From NCBI GenBank assembly GCA_013265495.1, contig MU058687.1, positions 4,772,093 through 4,836,092 of the forward strand: DNA of 64,000 nt. The letters run 5' to 3'. Below, piece after piece: positions 12,911 through 25,494 of this stretch. Position 1 is the stretch's first letter; every line of letters starts with the position of its first letter. The notes beneath the pieces are model-generated. The model had not been told where the DNA came from. It ran no database searches and worked only from the letters and a program-made list of their open reading frames with translations. This DNA is from Vicugna vicugna. Its lineage: Eukaryota. The position numbers and the translations under genes are program-made.

Positions 12911-14800
12911 AACTTTTGACTTGTTCTTTTTCTAGTGACAAAATGATTTCCTGATAAGAGTATGGATTGAGCTCTGTGGCAGAATCCACTATATATTTAG
13001 GATAGAATACTGTAAGATTTTATAAATTGCCACAAAATGTCACAGGCTGATTTGCATTTTTGTTGATTCTATACATTAATCACTGAGTAACCTTCAGTTT
13101 TCCAAATAAAGACTAAAGGGAGTGGTGATGACATTTGTAATCATCTACAGAAAGGGAATGACTTAAATTCTTCACAGATGGAGAGATGTCAAGGGTGAAT
13201 CATTGTATCCACATTTGCAATGTTAAGAAGATTTTGACGGTGTCTGTGGATAGTAAGGAACAAACATTGTTTTGTGTATAGAATTAAACATAAACTGTCC
13301 ATACCACAATCCCAGATTCTCTAGATGACTGTGGAAGGCTTTTCAGACACCATCCCCTAAGAACTGAGAAATTCATAAAAGGAAAATAATCTTATGCTAC
13401 GTGTAATACACAAACTGAGCATTTTGGGGCAACTGGAACAGTGACCTTTCAAAGAGGACAAATTAGGTTCTGTATGCCTCAGAATACAGCGTGATTTACT
13501 GCTTGAAAAAAGGGATGACATTTGACGTATATTCCTGATTCCAGCCTCATAGCAGCTGACTCTAATATTTCTAAGCAAGCTGCATAACTCATTTCTTCTT
13601 CAAACAATATAATTCAACCCAATATTCTAACCAGCAGTAGACCAGTGCTTGAGATTTTTAGGAAATGCTAAAGATATATGAATACTTGTCTAATGTTGCT
13701 TTAAAAGGGTTTCAAGGATTGGATTATGTTCAGCAGGAAGGAAACACACAAGAAAATCTGATGCCAAATGTTCATATGAGTAACATATGGAACTCCTCAC
13801 TATGGGTAACATACATACACACAATATAGAAACTGCAATGGTGTAATCTACTCTGGCTACCAAATCTGAATGCTTTTCCCCAAATTCAGATTTAAAAACT
13901 TGTTTTTTAAGATAGACTTTTTAAATCGATGAGATGCAAATATTTTCTTCTTTTTTTTTTTTCTGTTTTCTAAGTATCTTTAAATTAATATATTCTTACT
14001 AACCCCTGGGCCTGTAAATTACAGTAGCTAAAGCACAAGTAAATATTAAAACCCCTGATGAACCCACTAGTTGTGATTGACAATCCTGCTTGTTGTAATC
14101 AAAATTCATTAAACTGAGTTTTTTTTCCCTATGTCTCCTGTATCTTCTTTTTGAAATTTAGTTTGGAAAGGAGCTGGAAATGTTTATAGAATACCAGATA
14201 AATCCTACCAGTACAGGAAAAACTAGAGTGAATTTTTAAAGGCTTCTGGAATTAATTTTTATCACCTTTTTTATAGCAATGTAAGAGTGAAATAGCCAAA
14301 TGCTTTGAGTCACATGACTTGGTTTTCTCAGGCTTTCTTTTCTGTGAGGGTGGGAGGTGGTACAGGCACAGAATGAATGATGGCTTTAGACTTCCAGGTT
14401 CCCTTCAGTTTTGTGAGGCGCCCCTGGAGCTGCTCCCAGCGGCACTGAGCAAAACATTCTGCTAAGAGATGGGGGAACTAGTTTCCTACCTTGTGCCTGT
14501 CCTCGCTGAGACTGAAGGTGGAAAAGTGGTCTGTGACAACGTAGCAAAGCTCTCAGACACAGCCTGTCATTTGCCCTATGCCTTCATACAGTGGGATCTG
14601 AGGGTGTGAGGAATGTCTCTCGCTAGCATCTGCTTTGTTATTAATTCAGTTTGCCTGTGTCTTTAATTTGGGGTGACAGCCACCTTCCCTCACAGTCACC
14701 AAATACTGGCAGGGGGGTAGGGGCTGTCTCAGCAGTGTGCCCACCGCTGGCAATGATCAAGGCAGGGTCCTGATGGCTCCTTCTCTCCTTGCTTTCACAG

Positions 14801-14982
14801 CTGGCGCCACATACATCTTTGGGAAAAGCGGAGGCCTCATCCTCTACACCTGGCCAGCCAACGACCGGCCCAGCACGCGCTCCGACCGCCTGGCCGTGGG
14901 CTTCAGCACCACCGTGAAGGACGGCATCCTGGTGCGCATAGACAGTGCCCCTGGCCTCGGGGACTTCCTCCAGCTTCACATT
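14801..14982 (+). CDS. NRXN3: Internal coding exon of neurexin-3: first exon of the sixth LNS (laminin-G) domain, shared by alpha and beta isoforms
   Basis: Translates to (x)[60 protein letters not shown], which I recognise as NRXN3 LNS6. The acceptor is ttctctccttgctttcacag|CT with a CTGAT branch point at about 14770-14774, and the donor is ATT|gtgagt at 14983. Length is 182 nt = 2 nt + 60 codons (phase 1 in, phase 0 out). The exon is CpG-rich relative to its flanks. Confidence 0.96.
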
Positions 14983-15364
14983 GTGAGTACCGGCAGTGGC
15001 CTGGATTCTCTTATCTTCCTAGTGGTCTGAGTTGGTGAGCCAGATAAATGCAGTGAAACATTGTAGACAGACATGACAAAGGGGCACGGGGTTATAAAAC
15101 TGCCTCAGAGTGTCAGAGATGTCTCCAAGGGGTGGTGTGTGTTAAGCCTCATTCTCCCCTTCAGATATGGACCATGATGGCCAGAGGGGCCTCAGGGATA
15201 GAAAACGTAAGGCTCTTCCTGTCCAGGCTCCCTTCTCTACTGTGTGGTCTGACCTGTCATGAAAGATTTAGCAGACCTCTTAGGTGCAAATGAGAAATTG
15301 GCCTGGTGCAGTTCATCTTAACCTGCTGCAAGTAGGAAGGCCACCTTGAATGTCAGTGATCTAA

Positions 15365-15577
15365 CTGGGGGATCAGCAAAGGTGTTCTGTAAAGGGCCAA
15401 ATAATAAATATTTGGGGCTTTCTGGTTCATACGGTCTCTGTCAGAGCTACTCAACTCTGCCATTGTTAATGTGAAAGCCCTTATAGACAATACATTTTTA
15501 AAAAAATGGGAGAGACTCTATTGTAGTAAAAATGTACTTACAAAAACAGGCTGCAGGCTGTGTTTTGGTGACCCCTG
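15365..15577 (+). mobile_element. MER58A-like hAT-Charlie MITE
   Basis: Degenerate terminal inverted repeats (ggggatcagcaaa ... ttggtgacccctg) and internal ctgtaaagggcca...ctactcaactctgccattgt. Confidence 0.85.
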
Positions 15578-18004
15578 CCCTAGCCTGCACACTTTCTCGT
15601 AGAGATGTAAAGAACAAGTGATTAAAAACTGAGGCCAGAGTGGGTGGGGCAGAAAGCAGCAGCCTGATGACCGAGAGTTGGCGGATTCATGTGTACTGTA
15701 ATAGCCAACATTTTGCTTGTACAGAGCCCAATAGGACTGCGCCCTGACTCAAGGCAGATCATTAAGAACGCAGTGCAATTCTAAGAAATTAAAATGATTT
15801 GGTGGAAAAAATTACTTCATTATGAGGAGAGAAAATATTTTTATAGCAACAATTAACCCATTTTATCACCTGTGCAGTCTGCAGTTAGGAAAGTAGGCTA
15901 AAGAAGGATATGATTCTCATTCATAAGTACCCAAAGTGCAGCCACCAAGAGCAGAGAGAGGAATTGTTCTCATTAGTTAGCAGTGACAAGCCTGGAAAGA
16001 ATGGATTTAATTTGGAGCAGTAAGAATTCGGTTTAAATGGCAGAAGGGAAAAGCAGTTAAGAGGAAAAAATCAACTGGGGATTAGCACCAACCTCCAAAA
16101 ATGAGGAAGAGGGACAATTATTGGGAATCTCGAAATCTGAGTTTTGCTAATATGCGCCTCTTCCAGAGAACGCAGAGTGAGACTCCATTGCTGGTCTCTG
16201 GAGTGGAGGTGGCTGGCTGGAACCCTGGCAGCCAGCTCAGCTCAGCGCTCGAAGCAGTGCCCTCCTCCAGCACCTGCTCTTCCAGCCTGCCTTGGAAACA
16301 GGAGCAGCTGGAAGGGAAAGGCTGGAGCTGGAAGCCTGTCTGATCTCAGAGTGAGCCGGAACAGGCCAGGACTGTGCCTAGGAATGTGGGGAAAGCTGGT
16401 TAGGAATGGGGTCTTGCAGAGAGTTAGGGACGTCTTTCTCAGATGCTTCAGGAGCCATATGCTGCTATGAGCCTGAGCTTAAGCGTTTTCAGAAGCCACA
16501 CTAAGGAGTGCGGAGACAGGCAGCCATAGTTAGTTCAGTTTCTCTTTATTTGGCCTCTAAGAACCACCATAATTTACAAGACTTTGTGAGATTTATGCTG
16601 CATATAACTTAATGACTATTTCATGGCAGCTATAACTAGGCTATTATTACCAGCTCACTTGCATTTTTGTGGTGATTTATCTTCTTTTTTTTTTGTTCAG
16701 TGTGACTTACTAAGAAAAATATGATTTGGCGCAGCCGTGAGCATCTTTTTCAAGTTAGATAATATGCTACCAGTTTATCTATGTCTTCCCATTCATGTTT
16801 GGTACAACATCTCCACTTCTAAGGGAAATGCTCTCTTATTTTCTCGTAGTTTGCTTTAAGTTGGCAGTGTTTTTAGAAAATGGGTACGAGGATCCTGGGA
16901 ACTTCTAGGAGGAAACATAGCATTCCATTTTGTCTCTTAATAGCAAAAATACAAGAAATTGTATGTTAAAATGCACAGAGCTGCCTTGGATATTGTGGAT
17001 TTGTTCCAATGATACTGTCATGGCTTAAACATTCTGGAAAATTCCAACAGATTGTCCTTCAGAGCTGGGGTCAGGAAATGTTATCTGATATTTTTAGAGA
17101 AAAGAAAAAGAGACCCTATGATGTGAAAAAACCACACTATTCTGTAATGGATCTGACATGTCTGTGGCCTCTTAACCGTGGGGCCACTTCATTGGTCTAA
17201 TAATTTCAAATTATTTTTTCTTCCCTAGTGGATCATCTCTGGTGTCTACCAGAGATAGAAACTGTGTGTGACTATATTCCAATAAAATGGATTTATAAGA
17301 ATAAGCTGCAGAATGTACTTTGGTGACCATTGCCCTAAGCTGCAAACGTCTTCACAGAGATGTAGAGAACATGTGATAAAAACTGAGGTCAGAGTGGGCA
17401 GAGCGAAGGGAAGGTTCCTTATCACACTGAAGAGGGAAGGGTGCAAGTGGAAGGTCAAAAGACTTGATTACAAAACCTACCTCTTGTTTTGGACAATTAC
17501 GTAGATGCATCGGAGGAAAATGAAGCCATAAATACGTACTAAGATAATTTTATATGACTTTCACAGTCGTGAAAGGGAAATGTGGATCTTTTTATTAAAC
17601 GCAGTTTGTTTCCTTGTACTGAAGAAATTTACTCAAAAAGGAAGGAATTTAAGGGCCACTAATGGAAGTGGAACAAGTTGGGCAGGAGGCAAAGGTTTCC
17701 TTCCCCTTTGCAGTTCCCCTGGGAGAAGAGAAACCCACTGGGGGAAAAAAGAGAAAGTGAGGACAGACATGAAGAGGAGAAGAAAGGAGGGGGAACCCAG
17801 GGGCAGGGGAAGAAAGGGAGCAGGGGGCCTGAGGAAGAGGACGGACCTGCCTGGGGATGTGCCCTGGCAAGGGTCACGTGGGCAAAGCTTCATTCTTTGA
17901 GTGTGGGTGTTCATTGTGGAAATAACCAAAGGTAGCTGCGTGCTACTTCCGAGTGGTTGTCAAGCTAGTACGTTGCTCAGAACTAAAGTATAAACCCTTA
18001 AACT

Positions 18005-18005
<1 letters not shown>

Positions 18006-18060
<55 letters not shown>
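18006..18060. repeat. Compound microsatellite (GT)12(GA)15
   Basis: Read directly from the sequence. Confidence 0.98.
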
Positions 18061-18061
<1 letters not shown>

Positions 18062-19530
18062 CTGAGAGTTTGTGTTCTATAAACTGGAGCTGAAGACAAT
18101 TCCTAGGAATTCCTGAAGACTTTTGAGCAGTGGTAACAGTATAATTGGAATAGGCCCCCTTTACCCTCCAAGTTAGCCTATTGAAGGAAGGGAAAATGCT
18201 TTCCCCAAACACCGGGGAGTCTCACCCAGAAATGAGCACCCCGTCTAAAACAGACTTGCCTGTTTTCAAGCCCCCAGAGCAGGAATGGAAGACAGGCTTC
18301 ATCTTGCCTGCCAGCTCTGAGTGCCTCTCCCTCTCTCACTGCAAGCCTTCCACTGGGGAGACTGGTGAGAGCACTAGGTAAATCCAGCCAGCGGGAGTCC
18401 TGGCTCCCGCCAGCCGTGTCTGCCGCCTGCACGGAAGGGGCGCTGTGTGCACCGAGGTATGCTGCACGTGTACTGCACTTGCTCTAGGCTGCACTCAGTC
18501 CTTCCTCACGCTCTCCAAGTCTCCCGTATCTCTTCCTTTGTCATGCGGACTTCCCTATACATTAAAAACTCTTTAGGAAAGCAGGTATCTTCATAAACTC
18601 ATATTTCACTGGAGGCCCTTGAGTCGTTGAGTAATCAGTTTAGTCCATCTTATTCGGATCCTTCCCGCACTGGGCTAAGGTCGGCTGCCTGGACAGGACT
18701 TGAGTTCTGCTTGGACAGTTGAGGAGCAGGGAGGAGAAATAAGCAGGACTGATCTGGGGACATACAACATTTGGGCAGATGGCAGGAGTATGGGGGGAGA
18801 GCTTGGGCAGGATGAAGGCATTGGAGCTCTAGCATGAAGAAAGGGACAGAGAAAGGGATACCAAAGCAGAGCTGGGTAGGTGCTGTCGGCACAGTTCTTC
18901 CTATTTCACAATTTGCTCAGATTCTCTGTTGTTCTGGCCAAAAGAGCAGAGGCTTTTCTTTCTCTTTCTGGTTTCTTTTAAACAGGACCTCTTCCCACTC
19001 ATCTGGGCCTCATGATGATTAAATAGGCCTGTTGAACAAGATAAGAATTAGATCATTAAAAAGAAAAAAAAATCAGAGAAGGCCAAGAGATCAAAATAAT
19101 TTAGAGATTGTTTGCTTCAAATTAGCTTACATTTTTTCATTTTGGGTTCACCCTTCCGTGATGCACTATTTTCTGTGTCGATTATTAATCATGATATTAA
19201 TGAAATCACAGATGAAATGTGTCAGACAAAGGCAAAAAGATCTTTGTTGATGTGTTCATGGAATGAAATTCTGTGGAGGGAGAGGGTATCTTAAGCAAGA
19301 AGGATTTTTACAAATTATTACTTCAAATATAAGTTGCCTCCATTGAAATCTATTGTTGAGAAGTTAATCTGCTGAGTATTTGGAGAGAGGCTCTTCCTTG
19401 GGAGGGACATCAGCCTATTGCCCCTGAATCTAGGCTCTATGGAGCCATGTCATGTTACACTCACCTTCTTTTTATAATAGCAACAAAATTGGACCAGAGA
19501 AAGGACTCGCTATTGCCAGCCTTGAAACCC

Positions 19531-21520
19531 TTTTTTTTTTAATTGAAGTATAGTCAGTTTACAATGTTGTGCCAATGACTGGTATATAGCATAATGTTCC
19601 AGTCATACATATATATACATACATTCGTTTTCACATTCTTTGTCGTTATAGGTTACTACAAGATATTGAACATAGTTCCCTGTGCTATACAGTAGAAACT
19701 TGTTCATCTATTTTATATATAGTAGTTAGTATCTGCAAATCTCGAACTCCCAATTTATTCCTTCCCCCACTGGTAACCGTAAGTTTGTTCTCTATGTCTG
19801 TGAGTTTGTTTCTGTTTTGTAAATAAGTTCATTTGTCTTTTTTTTAGATTCCACATATAAGTGATATCATATGATATTTTTCTTTCTCTTTCTGGCTTAC
19901 TTCACTTAGAATTACGATCTCCAAGTCCATCTATGTTGCTGCAGATGGCATTATTTTATTATTTTTATGGCTGAGTATAAATATACCACAACTTCTTTAT
20001 CCAGTCATCTGTCGATGGATATTTAGGTTGTTTCCAGGTCTTGGCTACTGTAAATAGTGCTGCTATGAACTCTGGGGTGCATGTATCTTTTCTAATTAAA
20101 CTTCTCTCTGGATATATGCCCAGGAGTGGGATTGCTGGATCATATGGTAAGTCTGTTTTTAGTTTTTTGAGGAATCCCCATACTGTTTTCCATAATTACT
20201 GCACCAAACTACATACCCACCAATAGTGCAGGAGAGTTCCCTTTTTTCTACACCATCTCCAGCATTTATCGTTTGTAAACTTTTTAATGATGACCATTGT
20301 GAGTGGTGTGAGATGGTGTAGTTTTGTAGTTTTGGTTTGCATTTCTCTGATAATTAGCGATTTTGAGCATTTTTCATGTGCCTATTGGCCATTTGTATGT
20401 CTTCTTTGGAGAATTTGCTTGTTAAGCTCTTCTGCCCATTTTTGGATTGAGTTGTTTGTGTTTTCATTATTAAGCTGCATGAACTGTTTATATATTCTTG
20501 AAATTAAGCCCTTGTCAGTCTCATCTTTTGCAAATATTTTCTCCCATTCTGTCAGTTTTCTTCTTGTTTTGCTTATGGTTTCCTTTGCTGTGCAAAGGCT
20601 TATAAGTTTAATTAGGTCTCATTTGTTTATTTGTGCTTTTATTTCTATGGCCTGGGTAGACTGCCCTAGGAGAACATTGCTAAGAATTATGTCAGATAAT
20701 GTTTTGACTATGTTTTCTTCTAAGAGGTTTATACTGTCTTGTCTTATGTTTAAGTCTTTAAGCCATTTTAAGTTTAGTTTTGTGTATAGTGTATGAGAGT
20801 ATTCTAACTTTGTTGATTTACATGCGACTGGCCAGTTTTCCCAACACCATTTGCTGAAGAGACTGTCTTTACTCCATTGTGTATTCTTGCCTCCTTTGCC
20901 AAAGATTAATTGGCCAAAAGTCTGTGGGTTTATTTCTGGGCTCTCTAATGTGTTCTATTTATCCATATGTCTGTTTTTGTACCAATACCATGCTGTTTTG
21001 ATTACTGTAGCTCTGCAGTATTGTCTGAAGTCTGGGAGGGTTATTTCATCAGGTTCATTATTTTTCTTCAGTCTTGCTTTGGCAGCTCTGGGTCTTTTGT
21101 GATTATATATAAATTTTAAGATTATTTTTTTCTAGTTCTGTGAAAAGTGTCCTGAGTAATTTGATAGGGATTGCATTAAATCTGTAGATTGCTTTGGGTA
21201 GTGTGGACATTTTAACAATATTAATTCTTCCAATCCAAGAACATGGGATATCTTTCCATTTCTCTAAGTCATCTTTAATTTCCTTAGTCAGTGTTTTGTA
21301 TTTCTCCGTGTAGAAGCATTTCACTTCCTTGGTCAGATTTATTCCTAAGTAGTTTATCTTTTTGGGTGTCATTTTAAAAGGGATTGTTTCTTTACTTTTC
21401 ATGTCCAGATATTTCATACTTAGTGTAAAGAAATGCAACTGATTTCTATATATTAATCTTGTATCCTGCTACCTTGCCAAATTCTTTTATCAACTCTAGT
21501 AGTCTTGTGTGGAGCCCTTC
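19531..21520 (-). mobile_element. Relatively young 5'-truncated LINE-1 (about 2 kb; ORF2 C-terminal part plus 3' UTR)
   Basis: Poly-T at 19531. Target-site duplication tgaaaccctt (19523-19532) / tgaaactctt (21521-21530). Minus ORF 21103-21438 gives [11 protein letters not shown]...[17 protein letters not shown]...[13 protein letters not shown], typical of L1 ORF2p. Confidence 0.95.
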
Positions 21521-22764
21521 TGAAACTCTTGACAGCCTCCTCTCACCACCTACAAAATGGAAGGTCAGAGAGAACTGGGCAACTATTAGCTCCTCTTTAT
21601 GTAGTTCATGCAGGGTTTAAAAAAGACATCGTGTTAATTGTATTCTCTCTGTGTGTAATTTATAGTAAATCCTCTTGGATTCATTTTTTTTAATGATGAG
21701 CCTTTCAGGAACAGTGAAAATTTATATGTCAGAGAATCTGTTTTGTTTGACAAGAATCTATAACCTTCCCCAACTGTTTCACTCCTGACTTATGATGTAG
21801 ACACGTACATAAAACAAAGTAGGAGAAGAGAAAGGACTGCTGTTCACACTGACCCTCTTCTCATAATGACCAAGAATTCTCCTTCCAGAAAAGTGGACCC
21901 CCCAGAAAAAGGTTGATGGTCTTCTCTGTGTCAGGTTTGGGAAATTGGATATTTCTTAAGTTTGGCTTATGTAGTATTGTTCTCCATAATTGATAGCCCT
22001 TGAAGAGACTCCTGCAGAATAAATGGGAGCAGCGCTGAATTGTGCTCAGCAGTCTGTTCTTCACATCTATTGCATCTATCAGTTGCCAGCCTGGCTGCTT
22101 CATCTGGCTGTCTGTTGGGAGGATATTTACAATAAACCAACCAATCTGCCAAGTTTGTCTTCAGTGAGGTTGGGTGGCTGTGAGCTTGGATCTATCTCTG
22201 GATTTGACCAGTGGTAGAAGTGGATTTGATTCTGGGACTGTCTGTGGGGGGATCCACAGGGAAGGACAGAGGGATGTTGGCGTTCTGAGACAGGGAGCAC
22301 AAGTCAAGAGGGAAGGAACAAGAAAACAACAAAGGTGTCCATCAGCTGCCGTTGTGCTTCCCGCAGAGCACTGTGCGCTGCAGGCTGGCTCTGTATTTCC
22401 TTCTGCTGCTATTTATTCTTAGTGAAAAAGCCCTCTTTGGGTTTTCTAGGCTTAGGAGCTTTTCCAGATCATTAGCCACCTCTGTGGAGAGGGCCTGCTG
22501 GGTATCCTCTCTGCCACTTCCAGCTTAGCCGTTCCATCCTAGCAGAGTTGGAGAAGAAGGTGGGAGAAGGGAGTGGAAGGCGGTTTTGATGACGTGACTG
22601 TTTATGAAGCTGGACCAGAGGCAGCACCTGCATGGGAGTCGGTGTGTGTTTTCTCAGATCTTTATTATTCCCGAGGTATCTGCATCTAAATCTGTTTACT
22701 TTGATTCCACACTTGGTTTTGAAAGGCAGATGGCTGCAGAAGAAAAATGTGCTTAATTTGTGAT

Positions 22765-22925
22765 CAAGAGGTTTGGATCTGTCTCACTTCTGCCCATATC
22801 CAGTGAGCTAGTTGGCTTCGAGCACGTCACTCCACTACTTTGAGCTTCCCTTTTTTCTTCTTTTAAATATGGGCACCAAAAAGATTACCTTGCAAGCATT
22901 TTCCTGAGGTTCAGATGAAATCAAG
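22765..22925 (+). mobile_element. MIR fragment
   Basis: Degraded MIR core (gtcactccactactttgagcttccc...aaatatggg...gaggttcagatga). Confidence 0.5.
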
Positions 22926-23420
22926 TTTTCTGAAGTTATCAGCAAAGAATGGTAGTTTTCTTGATGAAATGTCCAACTGAGGACTTCATTCAAGGAAAAA
23001 AAAATTAGTGAAAGGAAGAATACGTTTTTTTAATTAAAAGCTGAGTTTCCTCTTAAGTGTTTTTGAAAGTCTGCGGAGACAGTGTCTGTAAACAAATTCC
23101 TATTTTATCTGATCAAAAGTAAATTGGTGAACTAATTAAATGTGAGATTTTTGGAGGTTCCTGTTAGCACGTGGAGAAGAACCCGGTTCCTGCTGAGAGA
23201 GGCCTGGGTGGATCAACAGGATACGCTGACTCTTGCAGCTTCCTGGGTGTCTCACTGTAAGGCAGTGTCACAAGGTGGTGCGTTGGGCTTCTGCTGCCTT
23301 TCAGTATAATGTGCCAAAGGGCTCTCTGCTCACCAGGGACAGTGTGAGCCACCCTGTCCTGAAGTTCCTTCTCCAGTTGTACAGACCATGGCAAATGGAA
23401 ATCTCCTACCTTCCCTAAAG

Positions 23421-23470
23421 AAGGTGGAGGAGGTGGTGGTGGTGGGAGTGGAGGTGGCAGAGGAGGAGGA
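23421..23470. repeat. Imperfect (GGT/GGA)n trinucleotide tract
   Basis: aaggtggaggaggtggtggtggtgggagtggaggtggcagaggaggaga. Confidence 0.85.
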
Positions 23471-25224
23471 GACACAGAAGAACAAAGCAATAACAATAAG
23501 CAGCACCATTAGGAGAACAGAAGCTTTCTAGGCAGCAGTGGTAAGGAAGTGGTTTGAGACCCACCGTGGGCACCAGGTGAAGACACAAAGGGTTTGCCCA
23601 GACTCCAGCATTCACAGAGCCCAGAAAAAGTCACTGCTAGAACGAACATCTCAATGTGGGGACAGCCAGATTGAGTGGAGATGAGCAGCTGCCTCCACCA
23701 AGAAAACTGGAAACAAAAGCACATATACAGATAAAAGCATTTTATAGATTTTTGATCCCTCAAGTATGAAAGAAAACTGAATGATAAATTTCGTGTGCAG
23801 ATGAAATGTGCGATAATACAGCTGTAAAAACTGAGTTGACAAAGCCTGTAGAAAACATTTCATGGCTGGTAGAAGGCTCTGAGAAGCAGAGGCCAAATGA
23901 CCATCTCTTTCTCATTTAGCATTTACACCAGTGACCCTTTGACTGTTAACTGATGACAGTCATGTTTCAGAATCCTCGATGCACACATAATATGAATTTA
24001 GAAAAATTAGGATTCAAAGAATTTAGCTCATGAATGACATTCATCATATGTGAATTGAATGTTTTAATGTGCCAGGCAAGGTGCTATATTTTGGGGATAT
24101 TGTGATCAACCTTGGCTCACATAGAGCTAACAGATTTGAAAGACCACAGTAATTAAAATATGAGAAATTAGGCTGTCTACACAGTATGAGATGATGTCTA
24201 TAAAATGCTTGCAAAGCTCCTGGCATAGAGTGTCCTTAAGTCTGGATAGCTTTTTCTTCAATGAACATTTTTTAAGTCTGAGAAAACAATATATTTTATT
24301 TTCCTAAATAATGAATAGATTTTAATCAGACCACCGAGATTTCAACTTAAGTAATATAAAATTCTCAGGAAGCATCAGGATGCTGCTGATTTAAAGCCAA
24401 CCTGGTGGCACATATCCCTGATTATTTGCAGTTATCAAATAGCTGAACAGGAACCAAATGGCAGAGGCTTTTGAGACCGATGAATCTAAGGTGTAACAAG
24501 CAAGGCAAACTCTAGGCACCATCGAGTGAGTGAGGGGACTCCTGTGACTTAATGACAAACCTACCTCAACACCGCCAGTTAGATTAATGATCTCATTGAC
24601 CCACCGCTTACACTGTTACTAGTCATTACTCCTGGGGTATTATTCAGCGCATCAGGGCAAGAAGTAACTCATTGACTCCCCGAAGCTACAGATGATGGAT
24701 TTTAGACCCCTGACTGCATTCAGAAGGCATGGAGCTCAGCATATTGATGGGGGAATTCATTAGCCACCTACCCCATAGCATCTTATGCTTAGATCCTGAT
24801 GCTGTCACTGGGGCTGTTTCATCCTGTTAGTGCTTCCCTGATAGACGGCAGAGGGAACTGTATAACTGTATTAGCCTCAAAGATGGTGCTGACAGCCAGG
24901 CCTGTCATTTCCCAGCCTGAGATGACACCTTTGGAACGTCGGATCTCTTAAAGACATGTGGATGAGCCCTGTTGATCGACAAAACTAACCTTCATCCTAA
25001 AGTCAGTCCATACTCAGTATAACAGGAGATGATGGGCAATTAAGTCTCATATCCTTTTCTTGGCCCCTTAGTTAACCTCTTTTAATTTCATTTATTTTTC
25101 TACTCCGTTTTCTATAAAGTGGCAGGTAGTTTAATGGCCTAGATGATTATTTCCTGCTGTTACTTCGGACTGTAATGTTAGAGATCATCTTACGTAACTA
25201 CCATCACCCTCCCTCACCACTGAT

Positions 25225-25455
25225 GCTGACTGACAGAGTACCAGGTAGCAGACAGTGTGCGAGGACTATGTTTACGTTATCTTATTATGCGCTCATAACA
25301 ACTCAGTGAGGTAGTCACCATTAATACCCTCACTTTATAAATGAGGCAACTAATGCTTAATGAAGCTAACGAAGTTTTCCAAGATAGCACACTGCTAATA
25401 AACGGGCTGAGCAGGCTTTCCAATCCAGTTCTGACTCTTAATTACCATTACACTC
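25225..25455 (-). mobile_element. MIR
   Basis: cataacaactcagtgaggtag...cactttataaatgaggcaact...ccaagatagcacactgctaa. Confidence 0.75.
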
Positions 25456-25494
25456 CTAATGAAACTTTCAGAGGAGAAAGTGTGGTGGTGAGCA

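Larger units (their letters stand above)
1..14800 (+). other. NRXN3: NRXN3 intron upstream of the LNS6 exon (partial)
   Basis: No other neurexin-like peptide in any frame. Repeat-rich and ends in a canonical 3' splice site. Neurexin introns are known to be very long. Confidence 0.85.

Noticed and set aside
14641..14979. 112-aa antisense ORF over the exon
   Set aside because: Shadow ORF of a GC-rich coding exon with no independent support.
14737..15030. 97-aa standalone ORF
   Set aside because: Only 14801-14982 is neurexin-like. The GTG start and the tail are intronic read-through beyond canonical splice sites.
20287..21102. Hydrophobic + strand ORFs of 169 and 83 aa
   Set aside because: Antisense translation of L1 ORF2, a common artefact.
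23164..23496. Polyproline ORF
   Set aside because: Produced by the (GGT/GGA)n simple repeat.
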